In this document: one piece after another, positions 56,576 to 64,000 of the stretch
How positions within the stretch are numbered: position 1 is the first letter of the stretch
Layout of the letters: every line of letters starts with the position of its first letter
Source: Candidatus Hydrogenedentales bacterium
GTDB taxonomy: Bacteria; Hydrogenedentota; Hydrogenedentia; Hydrogenedentales; SLHB01
Direction: 5' to 3'
NCBI GenBank assembly: GCA_041859045.1
Contig: JBHELB010000012.1
Span: forward strand, 32,798 to 96,797
DNA: 64,000 bases
Program-made: the position numbers and the translations under genes
The notes under the pieces: model-generated
Told to the model about the DNA's origin: nothing
The model's input: only the letters and a program-made list of their open reading frames with translations
Database searches by the model: none

Positions 56576-57085
56576 CTAGAGGCCGAGTTCCTGCTTGAGC
56601 TGTGTCGACCAACGCGCGACGCGGTCCTCGGTCAAGTCACGCTGCCGATCCATGTCGATCGGAAGTCCGACGAACTTGCCGTCGATAACCGCCGTCGTGC
56701 CTTTGTAGGTGTAGCCCTCGTCCGGCCACATGCCCACGACGCGCGCGCCTTTCTCGAGTACCTTGTCGTAGATCGTTCGCATGGCGTTCTGGAACGACTC
56801 GCCATAACCGACCTGATCGCCCAGCCCGAACAAGGCCACGGTCTTTCCGGTCAGATCCACGTCGTCCAGTTCCCAGATGAAATCCGCCCAGTGCTCTTGC
56901 AGTGCGCCCAAGCCATAGGTTGAAGTGCCTAGAATCAGCACGTCGTATTCCTCAAGCGATTCCGGCGAAGCTTCTTCAACATCCACCAGCGCCACGCGAT
57001 CCTCGCCCAACTGGGCCTGAATCATCTGCGCAACCTTCTTGGTATTGCCATACGTGCTGCCGAAAAACAGTCCAATCCGACTCAT
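56576..57085 (-). CDS. fldA: long-chain flavodoxin
   Basis: MSRIGLFFGSTYGNTKKVAQ FMN phosphate-binding loop. 169 aa. Start trimmed to MSRIG; the six-frame ORF starts 26 codons earlier. Confidence 0.85.
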   Translation of the reverse strand: MSRIGLFFGSTYGNTKKVAQMIQAQLGEDRVALVDVEEASPESLEEYDVLILGTSTYGLGALQEHWADFIWELDDVDLTGKTVALFGLGDQVGYGESFQNAMRTIYDKVLEKGARVVGMWPDEGYTYKGTTAVIDGKFVGLPIDMDRQRDLTEDRVARWSTQLKQELGL

Positions 57086-57345
57086 GGTGTTCACTACTCC
57101 TCTGTCTTTGAAAAAGCAGCCGCGCCGTGCGCGATCCGCCATAACGGGGCAGCCTCCCCACACAAAAAACGAGCCCTATTATCGTAAAAACGCCGGGCTG
57201 TTTTCCACTTCGGTTTGTCAGCGGACAGCCGGTTTAGCCCCATTACGGCCCGTATGACGTAAGGCGATTCCCGATAGCCTCAAAGGAAAAAGACTGAACC
57301 CTCGTTTTTCAAAGAATTGCTAGGAAAATACAGATATAACGCGGT

Positions 57346-57351
57346 ATAATA
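57346..57351 (+). promoter_or_regulatory. TATAAT -10 element about 35 nt upstream of the MEDS-like kinase gene
   Basis: GCGGTATAATAG with TATAAT at 57346-57351. No good -35 at 17-nt spacing (TTGCTA lies 28 nt upstream). Confidence 0.25.
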
Positions 57352-57384
57352 GTTTGAGGGGCGCGGGTTGAGGGTACAGTACGA

Positions 57385-60300
57385 ATGGGCAACCCGATAC
57401 AGACGAATCTCTCGCTGACCGCAGTCACTGAGGCGTTCGAAGCCTTATACAGGGCCTCGCTACCACCATTCTCGAAGAGGCTCACCACTTCCGAAATACT
57501 GGCCGAGTTGGCGGAAGGCAGCCATCTTTGTGGGGTGTTTGCGTCGGAAGATGAATACTGGGACATCGTCCCCGCGTTTATCCGGGGGGGGCTACATCGA
57601 AAACAACGTGTGTTTTACGTCGCCAGTACCCACGCGTTGGATGATATTCGTCAGGTCATGACCGATCAAGGGATGGATGTCGCTTCAAGCGAGGCTTCGG
57701 GCGCGCTTATTCTTGAACACGCGGAGAATGTCTATCTCGCGGGAGGGAGATTCGAACCGAAACGCATGTTCGCCACCATACGCCATGCGGCGGCGGAAGC
57801 GCGGGCGCAAGGGTTCACTGGTCTCCGGATAACGGGGGAAATGAGTTGGGCGCTATGCGGCGCACCGGGGACGGAAGCGCTGGGATTTTACGAAGCGCAT
57901 GTCGGCGCGGTTCTTCGCGAAACTGGAACTACGGCGCTCTGCCAATACGATCTTCATCGCTTTCCGCCCGCCATGCTCACCGCCGTGATTATTACGCATC
58001 CCGTGGTAATGGTGCAGGGGGAGCTGATTGAGAATCCCTGTTACTCGGACCCGGAAAATGTGGGTGAACAGACGCCAGACGCGGTTGTCTTACAGTGCTT
58101 GCTCGGCGGAATGTTGGCGCGCGCGCAAGCGCAACGACAGCTCGAACGCGAGCAGAGCCGGTTTCGCGCCTTGTTCGAATCGAGTCCGTTGGGCATCGTC
58201 GTGTTTGAGGCGCCCTCGCTGCGGTACACGGCCGTGAATCCGGCGTTTTGCGATCTAGTGGGATATAGCGAAGCCGAACTTTTGCGCCTGAGCGCTTTCG
58301 ACATCACCCCACCGGAGGAGATGAAAGAAGAAATTTTGGAGGCGCAGCGATACTTGAGGGGAGAAGTACCCGTATTTCGACGGGAGAAATATTACCTTCG
58401 AAAAGACGGCGACAGAGTCGCTGCGTCGGTGGTGGCGTCGCTCATTTCGGAAGGAGCGGAGGAGCCTTATGGGATCGCGTTGATCGAGGACATCAGCGCG
58501 CGGCGGGATGCGGAGATGGTCTTGCGTCGGTCGGCGGAGGAGCTTACGCGGCTTGTTGACGCGCGCACGCTCGAATTGCGCCGGACCGCGCAGGAACTGG
58601 GCGACGAAGTAACACGGCGCAAGCAAATTGAAGCGGCGTTGAGTGCGGCGAACACGGAGCTTGAGCGCATTTTTTCGAGCGCTCAAGTGCTGATGGAGTA
58701 TTTGGATAAAGACTTCACCATTCTTCGCGTCAACCATGCGTACGCCGCGGCGGATGGTCGTCCGGTCGGTTTCTTTGTGGGAAAAAGCCACTTCGACTTG
58801 TACCCGGACGAGCGCGTTCGGGAAATCTTTCAACGCGCGGTTGAAACAGGCGAACCGCATTCCGCGTCTGAGGATTGCTTTGCGCATTCGGCGCATCCTG
58901 GGAGTAGAGCCACCTATTGGGATTGGGATCTTCTTCCGTTGAAAGACGCGGCGGGAAACGTGGAGGCCTTGCTGCTCTGTCTAGTCGATCGCACGAGCCA
59001 TGTGCGTTCGCAGGCCCGAAAGCAATTGGCGCTGGAGACGCTGGAGATTTTGCAGTCACCGTGCAGCCAGCGTGAAATTATCGAGAAGCTACTGGAGCGT
59101 GTGCTCGATTTCACTGGATGCGAGATGGGGGGCATCCGCCTCAAGGCGAACGCGGATTTCCCATACTACGCGGTGCGCGGCTACTCCGAGGAATTCGTGC
59201 GGTCGGAGTGTTCGCTGCTTGCACGCGACGAGTGCGGGCATATACGAAGCGATAACGTGGGCCGCCCCTTGCTCGAGTGCGTTTGCGGCGATCTTGTTCG
59301 CGGCATCACGACGCCAACATACGCGCCTTACATGACCGCGCGGGGGAGCTTTTGGACGAATTCCGTCTCGCAGATCGTGGTCTCGCTTAAGGACACTCCG
59401 CAGCCAAACCGTCGAGGGCGCTGTGTGAGCGAGGGGTTCGAATCGGCTGCGCTGATCCCCCTGCACGCGGGGGAGGATATCATTGGACTTTTGCAGTTGA
59501 ACGATCGTCGTCCGGATTGTTTCAGCGAAGATCTTGTGGAGTTCCTAGAGGATCTGGGCAGCAGCATCGGCGTGGCGATGGCCCGCGGACAGAGTGAGAA
59601 TCAACTGCGGGCACGACTCAAAGAGTTGAAATGCCTTTACGGGGTTATCGACACCATCGGCGAGAACGCAGCCGCCGACGTTACCCTGCAGAATGTCATC
59701 AACCTTATTCCGTCCGCGTTTGCCGTTCCGGAAAAGACGCATGCCCGCTTGATCCTCGATGGGCACAGTTATGTGACATCCGAATTCGCCGAGGGTATTC
59801 ATCGGATTTGCGCGGAAATCGGTTCTGCGCGCGCGAGTTCCGGCGTACTCGAGGTGCATCTGGCGGCAGGCGAGGACTTGGACTTCGAGATCGAGGAGCT
59901 GAGCCTGCTCCATGCGATCGCGGAGCGCATCGAGCGGTACACGGAGCGGCAGCGTCTGCAGGCGGAACTGATCCGAACGGAGCGCCTTGCCGCTACGGGA
60001 AAATTGGCGGCGTCGGTGGCGCACGAGATCAACTCGCCACTTCAGGCGATTGGGGTGCTGCTCAACAGCATGCGTCGGAGCCAGGCGATGGAGAGTGGTT
60101 TATTTGGGCAATTGGGAGTGATCGAACAGGCCTTCGGCAGTATTCGGGAGACGGTACGAAGGTTATTGGACCTCAGCCGCCCGGCGCCGCCCGCCCGAGT
60201 TCTGCTCGATCTCAACGAGATCGCGCGGCAAACCGGCGCGCTGGTAAGTGCATTTCTGCGCAAGGATCGCATCGCGCTCACGCTTGAGTTGGACGAATCC

Positions 60301-60690
60301 CTGCCCCGTGTTCTTGGCGCGCCAGACCAGCTTAGTCATCTTCTGATGAACCTCGTGAACAACGCCCAAGAGGCGATTGTCTCGTCGCGCATGGCCGCTG
60401 GAAACCGGCTGGATCGGATCCTGCTTCGCTCGCGCCGCGATGCCCTAGGCGTTACGCTGGTTGTTGACGACAGCGGACCGGGTATCGCGGAGGAAGATGC
60501 GGAACGCATCTTCGATCCGTTCTATACGCGCAAGAAGAAACAAGGTATCGGTATCGGGTTGTTTAGTTGTCGAGAGATCATCGCCGAACACGGCGGGAGT
60601 ATTCGTGCGGAACGCTCGCCCCTGGGTGGCGCGGCAATGGTTGTGACGTTGCCCGCCAGCGAGCCGGAGGATGTCCATGAGGCCTTATGA
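57385..60690 (+). CDS. cytoplasmic multi-domain sensor histidine kinase: N-terminal MEDS-like domain, PAS repeats, GAF-like region, HisKA, HATPase_c
   Basis: The N-terminal ~200 aa (GVFASEDEYWDIVPAFIRGG...LRITGEMSWAL) resemble the MEDS/DcmR-type sensory domain. PAS-like SPLGIVVFEAPSLRYTAVNPAFCDLVGYS. H-box AASVAHEINSPLQAI. HATPase LVNNAQEA / DDSGPGI / GIGIGLF. No TM helix. Confidence 0.8.
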   Translation: MGNPIQTNLSLTAVTEAFEALYRASLPPFSKRLTTSEILAELAEGSHLCGVFASEDEYWDIVPAFIRGGLHRKQRVFYVASTHALDDIRQVMTDQGMDVASSEASGALILEHAENVYLAGGRFEPKRMFATIRHAAAEARAQGFTGLRITGEMSWALCGAPGTEALGFYEAHVGAVLRETGTTALCQYDLHRFPPAMLTAVIITHPVVMVQGELIENPCYSDPENVGEQTPDAVVLQCLLGGMLARAQAQRQLEREQSRFRALFESSPLGIVVFEAPSLRYTAVNPAFCDLVGYSEAELLRLSAFDITPPEEMKEEILEAQRYLRGEVPVFRREKYYLRKDGDRVAASVVASLISEGAEEPYGIALIEDISARRDAEMVLRRSAEELTRLVDARTLELRRTAQELGDEVTRRKQIEAALSAANTELERIFSSAQVLMEYLDKDFTILRVNHAYAAADGRPVGFFVGKSHFDLYPDERVREIFQRAVETGEPHSASEDCFAHSAHPGSRATYWDWDLLPLKDAAGNVEALLLCLVDRTSHVRSQARKQLALETLEILQSPCSQREIIEKLLERVLDFTGCEMGGIRLKANADFPYYAVRGYSEEFVRSECSLLARDECGHIRSDNVGRPLLECVCGDLVRGITTPTYAPYMTARGSFWTNSVSQIVVSLKDTPQPNRRGRCVSEGFESAALIPLHAGEDIIGLLQLNDRRPDCFSEDLVEFLEDLGSSIGVAMARGQSENQLRARLKELKCLYGVIDTIGENAAADVTLQNVINLIPSAFAVPEKTHARLILDGHSYVTSEFAEGIHRICAEIGSARASSGVLEVHLAAGEDLDFEIEELSLLHAIAERIERYTERQRLQAELIRTERLAATGKLAASVAHEINSPLQAIGVLLNSMRRSQAMESGLFGQLGVIEQAFGSIRETVRRLLDLSRPAPPARVLLDLNEIARQTGALVSAFLRKDRIALTLELDESLPRVLGAPDQLSHLLMNLVNNAQEAIVSSRMAAGNRLDRILLRSRRDALGVTLVVDDSGPGIAEEDAERIFDPFYTRKKKQGIGIGLFSCREIIAEHGGSIRAERSPLGGAAMVVTLPASEPEDVHEAL

Positions 60691-61249
60691 GATAATGTTG
60701 GTGGATGACGATCCGTTGGTTTTGTTGAGCATGGGCGAGGCGCTCGAGAACGAGGGCTATGTGGTCGTGCGTGCAGACAGTGGCGAGATGGCACTCGGGC
60801 AGTTGGCGGGAAACCGGTTCGATCTGGTTATGACCGATTTGGTCATGCGTGAAATCGACGGGCTCAGCGTGCTTCATCGCGCCAAGGAGCTGTATCCAGA
60901 CGTCCCTGTGCTGATTCTGACCGGCTATGGCGACCTGAATACCGCGGTTGAGGCCCTGCGGGCTCGCGCCGATGATTATTTGTTGAAGCCGTGCGCGCTG
61001 GAGGAGATTCTCTTTCGCGTGTCGCGCTGCATCGATCGCCTTGAGTTGGAGCGCAAGCTCAAGCTGTACGAATCCATGCTGCCCGTCTGCTGCGTATGCA
61101 AACGTATTCGCGACGATACCCATCAACTGCCGGGAACAGGGTCGTGGGTGGAAATGGAAAACTATCTTCACTCACGCGGTCATATCGAGGTGACGTCGAC
61201 GTACTGCCCCACGTGCTACACGGCCGCGACGCGCGAGTTGAGCGATTAG
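60677..61249 (+). CDS. response regulator: receiver domain plus a C-terminal CxxC-x28-CxxC (Cys4) tail of unknown function
   Basis: Receiver LVDDDP...DLVMTDLVM...LILTGYGD...KPC. C-terminus PVCCVCKRIRDD...STYCPTCY. ATG overlaps the kinase stop. Confidence 0.8.
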   Translation: MRPYEIMLVDDDPLVLLSMGEALENEGYVVVRADSGEMALGQLAGNRFDLVMTDLVMREIDGLSVLHRAKELYPDVPVLILTGYGDLNTAVEALRARADDYLLKPCALEEILFRVSRCIDRLELERKLKLYESMLPVCCVCKRIRDDTHQLPGTGSWVEMENYLHSRGHIEVTSTYCPTCYTAATRELSD

Positions 61250-61289
61250 CGTAGCAACGCCGTGCGTAATGCCAGTCGCTCAACGCGTT

Positions 61290-63995
61290 TCAGCTATTGG
61301 GCCGTTCGTCCAACACGCTGCGTACTTTACGCAAGAGCGCGTTTGGAGCATAGGGTTTTTGGATCATCTGTAGGCCGTCGTGCAGAACGAAGTGAGTATG
61401 GATGGCGTTCTCGCTGTAGCCGCTGGAGAAGAGCGCATACACGTTGGGGCTAACGTTTCGGATGTGTCCGAGCGCTTCGTTTCCTCCCATGCGCGGCATA
61501 ACGACGTCGAGAATAACCAACGCGATGTCATCGGCGTTCTGTTTGAACACCAAGACCGCTTCTTCGCCGTTGCTCGCGGTGAGTACGCGATATCCGGCCC
61601 GTTCCAAGATCATCTGTGCGAGTTTGCGCACCGTTTCGTTATCTTCCGCAAGGAGAATGGTCTCATTTCCACCGATCACGTGGCTTTCCAGCATGGGGCC
61701 GATGGCTTCGGCGTCGCGTTCGCAAACGGGCAGGTACATTTTGAAGGTCGTTCCTTGGCCGACCTCGCTGTAGGTATTGATCATGCCGTCGTGTTGCGTG
61801 ATGATGCCATAGACTGTCGCTAGTCCTAAGCCCGTGCCTTTGCCCTCTTCTTTGGTGGTGAAGAAGGGATCAAAAGCGCGACCCAAAATCTCTTCGGGCA
61901 TCCCGCAGCCCGTGTCGGTCACGCTCAGCAGGACAAAGCGCCCCGGCTTAGCCCATGCGTGGGTGGCGCAGTACTCGGAATCGATGCGGACGTTTTGCGT
62001 TTCGATGCTCAGCGAGCCGCCGTCGGGCATGGCGTCGCGGGCGTTAAGGCACAGATTCATCAGCGCTTGCTCGAGCATGCCGGGATCGGCATAGACCGAA
62101 CCCAGGCGGTTTCCGGGGAGCCATTCGAGATGAATGTGTTCGCCGATCACGCGGTGAATCATCTTGATGAAATTTTCGATGAGCACGTTGAGATCGAGCA
62201 CTTTCGGCTGCATCACCTGGCGGCGGCTGAACGCCAGCAATTGGCGCGTCAGTTGGGCGGCGCGCTCAGCCCCTTTCTTAATCTCGAGGAGTTCCTCGCG
62301 CGGTTCGTTTTTCTCCTCGGCTTCATCCAGAAGGAGTTGCGAATAGCCGAGAATGGCCTGGAGAATGTTGTTGAAATCATGGGCCACGCCTCCGGCCAAT
62401 TGCCCAACCGCCTCCATCTTCTGGGCCTGACGGTACTGTTCCTCCAACGCCAGGCGGCTAGTGATGTCGTTCTTCACGGCAACGTAATTGACGATTTTTC
62501 CTTCTGCGTCGTGGAGCGGCGAGACGGTCATGTCTTCGGTATAGAGAGTTCCGTCTTTGCGGCGGTTCACGAGTCGGCCTTGCCAGATCTTTCCATCCAT
62601 AATCGTCTGCCAAAGAGAGGCGTAAAAGGCGTCATCTTGCACATCGCTTTTCAGAATGTTCGGTTTTTGCCCAATCGCCTCTTTTCTTTGAAAGCCCGTC
62701 ACTTCCTCGAAGGCTGGATTCACGTATTCGATCATCCCATCGCGATCGGTGATGACCACCATTTCGCCCGCTTGCTCGATGGCCATGGCCAAACGCGCCC
62801 GCTCGGCCTCGGCGCGTTTGCTCTCGGTGATGTCCTCCATCGCGCCCATGATGCCGATGATGTTGCCTGAGCCGTCGCGCAGCGGCGCGGTGGAAAGACG
62901 GCCGATAAAGCGCCGCCCATCCTTTCTTAAACGGGTTACTTCCTTTCCGGTGGAGCTTTCTCCGCGCACTACCGCCTGGCGCATCGCGAAGAATTCGTCT
63001 TGGTTCTCGTCTGGGACGATGGGCAGCGGTTTGCCAATGATCTCTTGGGCGGCCCAGCCGAAGATTTTTTCGGACGACGCGTTCCACGTCTGCACGATGC
63101 CGTCCATATTGATACAGTAGAGCGCCACCGGCGAGCACGTGATCATGGCCCGCTGGAATGCCTCGCTTGCCCGCAGCGCCTCTTCCGCGGTGCGGCGCGC
63201 GCTGATGTCGTGCACGATGGAATACAGCAGCGCCCTGCCATCCAACGAGATCGGCCCGCTGAAGACTTCCACGTCTCGCGTCGAACCGTCGGCCAGACGG
63301 TGCGTGAATTCAAAATGGGTCCGTTTTGCTTCCCGTGCGTCCTCGATCTTGCGCCGCACTTCTTCTGAGTTCAACGTATTGATCTCGTCGACGCGCTTAC
63401 GGCAGAGCGTTTCGCGTGGCCAGCCGTAGAAGGCGCAGGCCGCGGGGTTGGCGTCCACGATCCGCCCGTCCTGTGGGTCGACAATCAGCATTACGGCGTG
63501 ATTGTTTTCGAATAGACTTCGGTAGCGTTCTTCGCTCTGGGCCAAGACTTGCCCCGCCTGCCGCCGTCGCTCACCCTCCAGGAAGATATGCGCGGTGACC
63601 AAAAAGGCCAAGGGGTAGAAGATCAGAATTGGCGCTCCGAAGCGTTTGAACACCATGAAGCCCACGCCGCCGGGGATTAGGAATTGCAGCGCGAGCATGA
63701 TGGCATGCACCACAATGCCGAACGCCAGTAGATGCCATAGCCCTACCCAACGCTCATCGCGTCTGCGCAAGAACCGCAGGCATACACCCAGCGCCGCCGC
63801 TTCGATAATCACCCCAACGCCCGCCGTAGCACCCGGACCGCCGAGATAGAGGCGGTAGGCGCCACAGATTGCCGAGGACACTGCCGCAGGAACCACGCCG
63901 CCAAACAATCCCGCCAAGCTGAGCACGATGGAACGGCCGTCGTAGATTACGCCGGGGGCAAAACGGACAGGCGTCATCATGCCCACTACGCCCAC
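61290..63995 (-). CDS. hybrid sensor histidine kinase (membrane N-terminal domain, multiple PAS, HisKA, HATPase_c, C-terminal receiver); the N-terminus is probably truncated by the window edge
   Basis: H-box [40 protein letters not shown]-terminal receiver [20 protein letters not shown]...[10 protein letters not shown]. At least three PAS-like segments. The ORF runs into the window end at 63995-64000. Confidence 0.8.
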   Translation of the reverse strand: MGVVGMMTPVRFAPGVIYDGRSIVLSLAGLFGGVVPAAVSSAICGAYRLYLGGPGATAGVGVIIEAAALGVCLRFLRRRDERWVGLWHLLAFGIVVHAIMLALQFLIPGGVGFMVFKRFGAPILIFYPLAFLVTAHIFLEGERRRQAGQVLAQSEERYRSLFENNHAVMLIVDPQDGRIVDANPAACAFYGWPRETLCRKRVDEINTLNSEEVRRKIEDAREAKRTHFEFTHRLADGSTRDVEVFSGPISLDGRALLYSIVHDISARRTAEEALRASEAFQRAMITCSPVALYCINMDGIVQTWNASSEKIFGWAAQEIIGKPLPIVPDENQDEFFAMRQAVVRGESSTGKEVTRLRKDGRRFIGRLSTAPLRDGSGNIIGIMGAMEDITESKRAEAERARLAMAIEQAGEMVVITDRDGMIEYVNPAFEEVTGFQRKEAIGQKPNILKSDVQDDAFYASLWQTIMDGKIWQGRLVNRRKDGTLYTEDMTVSPLHDAEGKIVNYVAVKNDITSRLALEEQYRQAQKMEAVGQLAGGVAHDFNNILQAILGYSQLLLDEAEEKNEPREELLEIKKGAERAAQLTRQLLAFSRRQVMQPKVLDLNVLIENFIKMIHRVIGEHIHLEWLPGNRLGSVYADPGMLEQALMNLCLNARDAMPDGGSLSIETQNVRIDSEYCATHAWAKPGRFVLLSVTDTGCGMPEEILGRAFDPFFTTKEEGKGTGLGLATVYGIITQHDGMINTYSEVGQGTTFKMYLPVCERDAEAIGPMLESHVIGGNETILLAEDNETVRKLAQMILERAGYRVLTASNGEEAVLVFKQNADDIALVILDVVMPRMGGNEALGHIRNVSPNVYALFSSGYSENAIHTHFVLHDGLQMIQKPYAPNALLRKVRSVLDERPNS

Positions 63996-64000
63996 TAGGG

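Noticed and set aside
61959-62870. 303-aa plus-strand ORF inside the hybrid kinase gene
   Set aside because: It is antisense to clear PAS/HisKA sequence.
1-64000. Searched for CRISPR arrays, rRNA, IS elements, integrases and phage genes
   Set aside because: No regularly spaced direct repeats were seen, and no transposase, integrase, terminase or rRNA-like conserved stretches were recognised. The defence island is inferred only from GC drop and gene content, with no flanking direct repeats identified by eye.

Overview
This is a GC-rich (about 65% GC over most of the window) bacterial chromosomal segment with dense, mostly operonic coding and many stop/start overlaps (ATGA, GTGA, TGATG). The best reading gives about 53 real CDSs. 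Most of the long antisense ORFs in the six-frame track are GC-driven artefacts. A DUF1559 prepilin-type protein (30126-31250) points to the PVC superphylum, probably Planctomycetota; this is inference only. Recognisable housekeeping genes are pdxH, pntA/pntB (split three-gene form), argD-argF, znuABC, gltX, a ROK glucokinase, rnhB, serA, icd and fldA. An LplT-PlsC-Aas fusion and a GlcD/GlcF-type FAD/Fe-S oxidoreductase fusion are also present. There is a flagellar sub-cluster on the minus strand (fliM, fliN/Y, fliA, a FliK-like gene, an FlhB C-terminal-like gene) plus two unassigned putative regulators. Two low-GC segments form a probable laterally acquired defence island. The first holds a McrA-like HNH nuclease at 49034-49765. 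The second (51740-54198) holds vsr, a dcm-type C5 methyltransferase and an overlapping PD-(D/E)xK-like candidate restriction endonuclease, inserted between serA and icd. At the right edge sits a two-component cluster: an orphan HK, a MEDS-like/PAS/GAF kinase, a response regulator with a Cys4 tail, and a hybrid HK truncated by the window end. The most unusual candidate system is a 700-aa B12-binding radical-SAM protein translationally coupled to an archease (27446-29960). This pairing differs from the usual archease partners (RtcB ligase, tRNA m5C methyltransferases). Other points worth a second look are a Trp-rich 39-codon membrane-peptide mini-gene with its own promoter, palindrome and terminator directly upstream of znuABC, and a set of nested or alternative inverted repeats between fmdB and argD. 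No rRNA, tRNA, CRISPR array, transposase or integrase was recognised.
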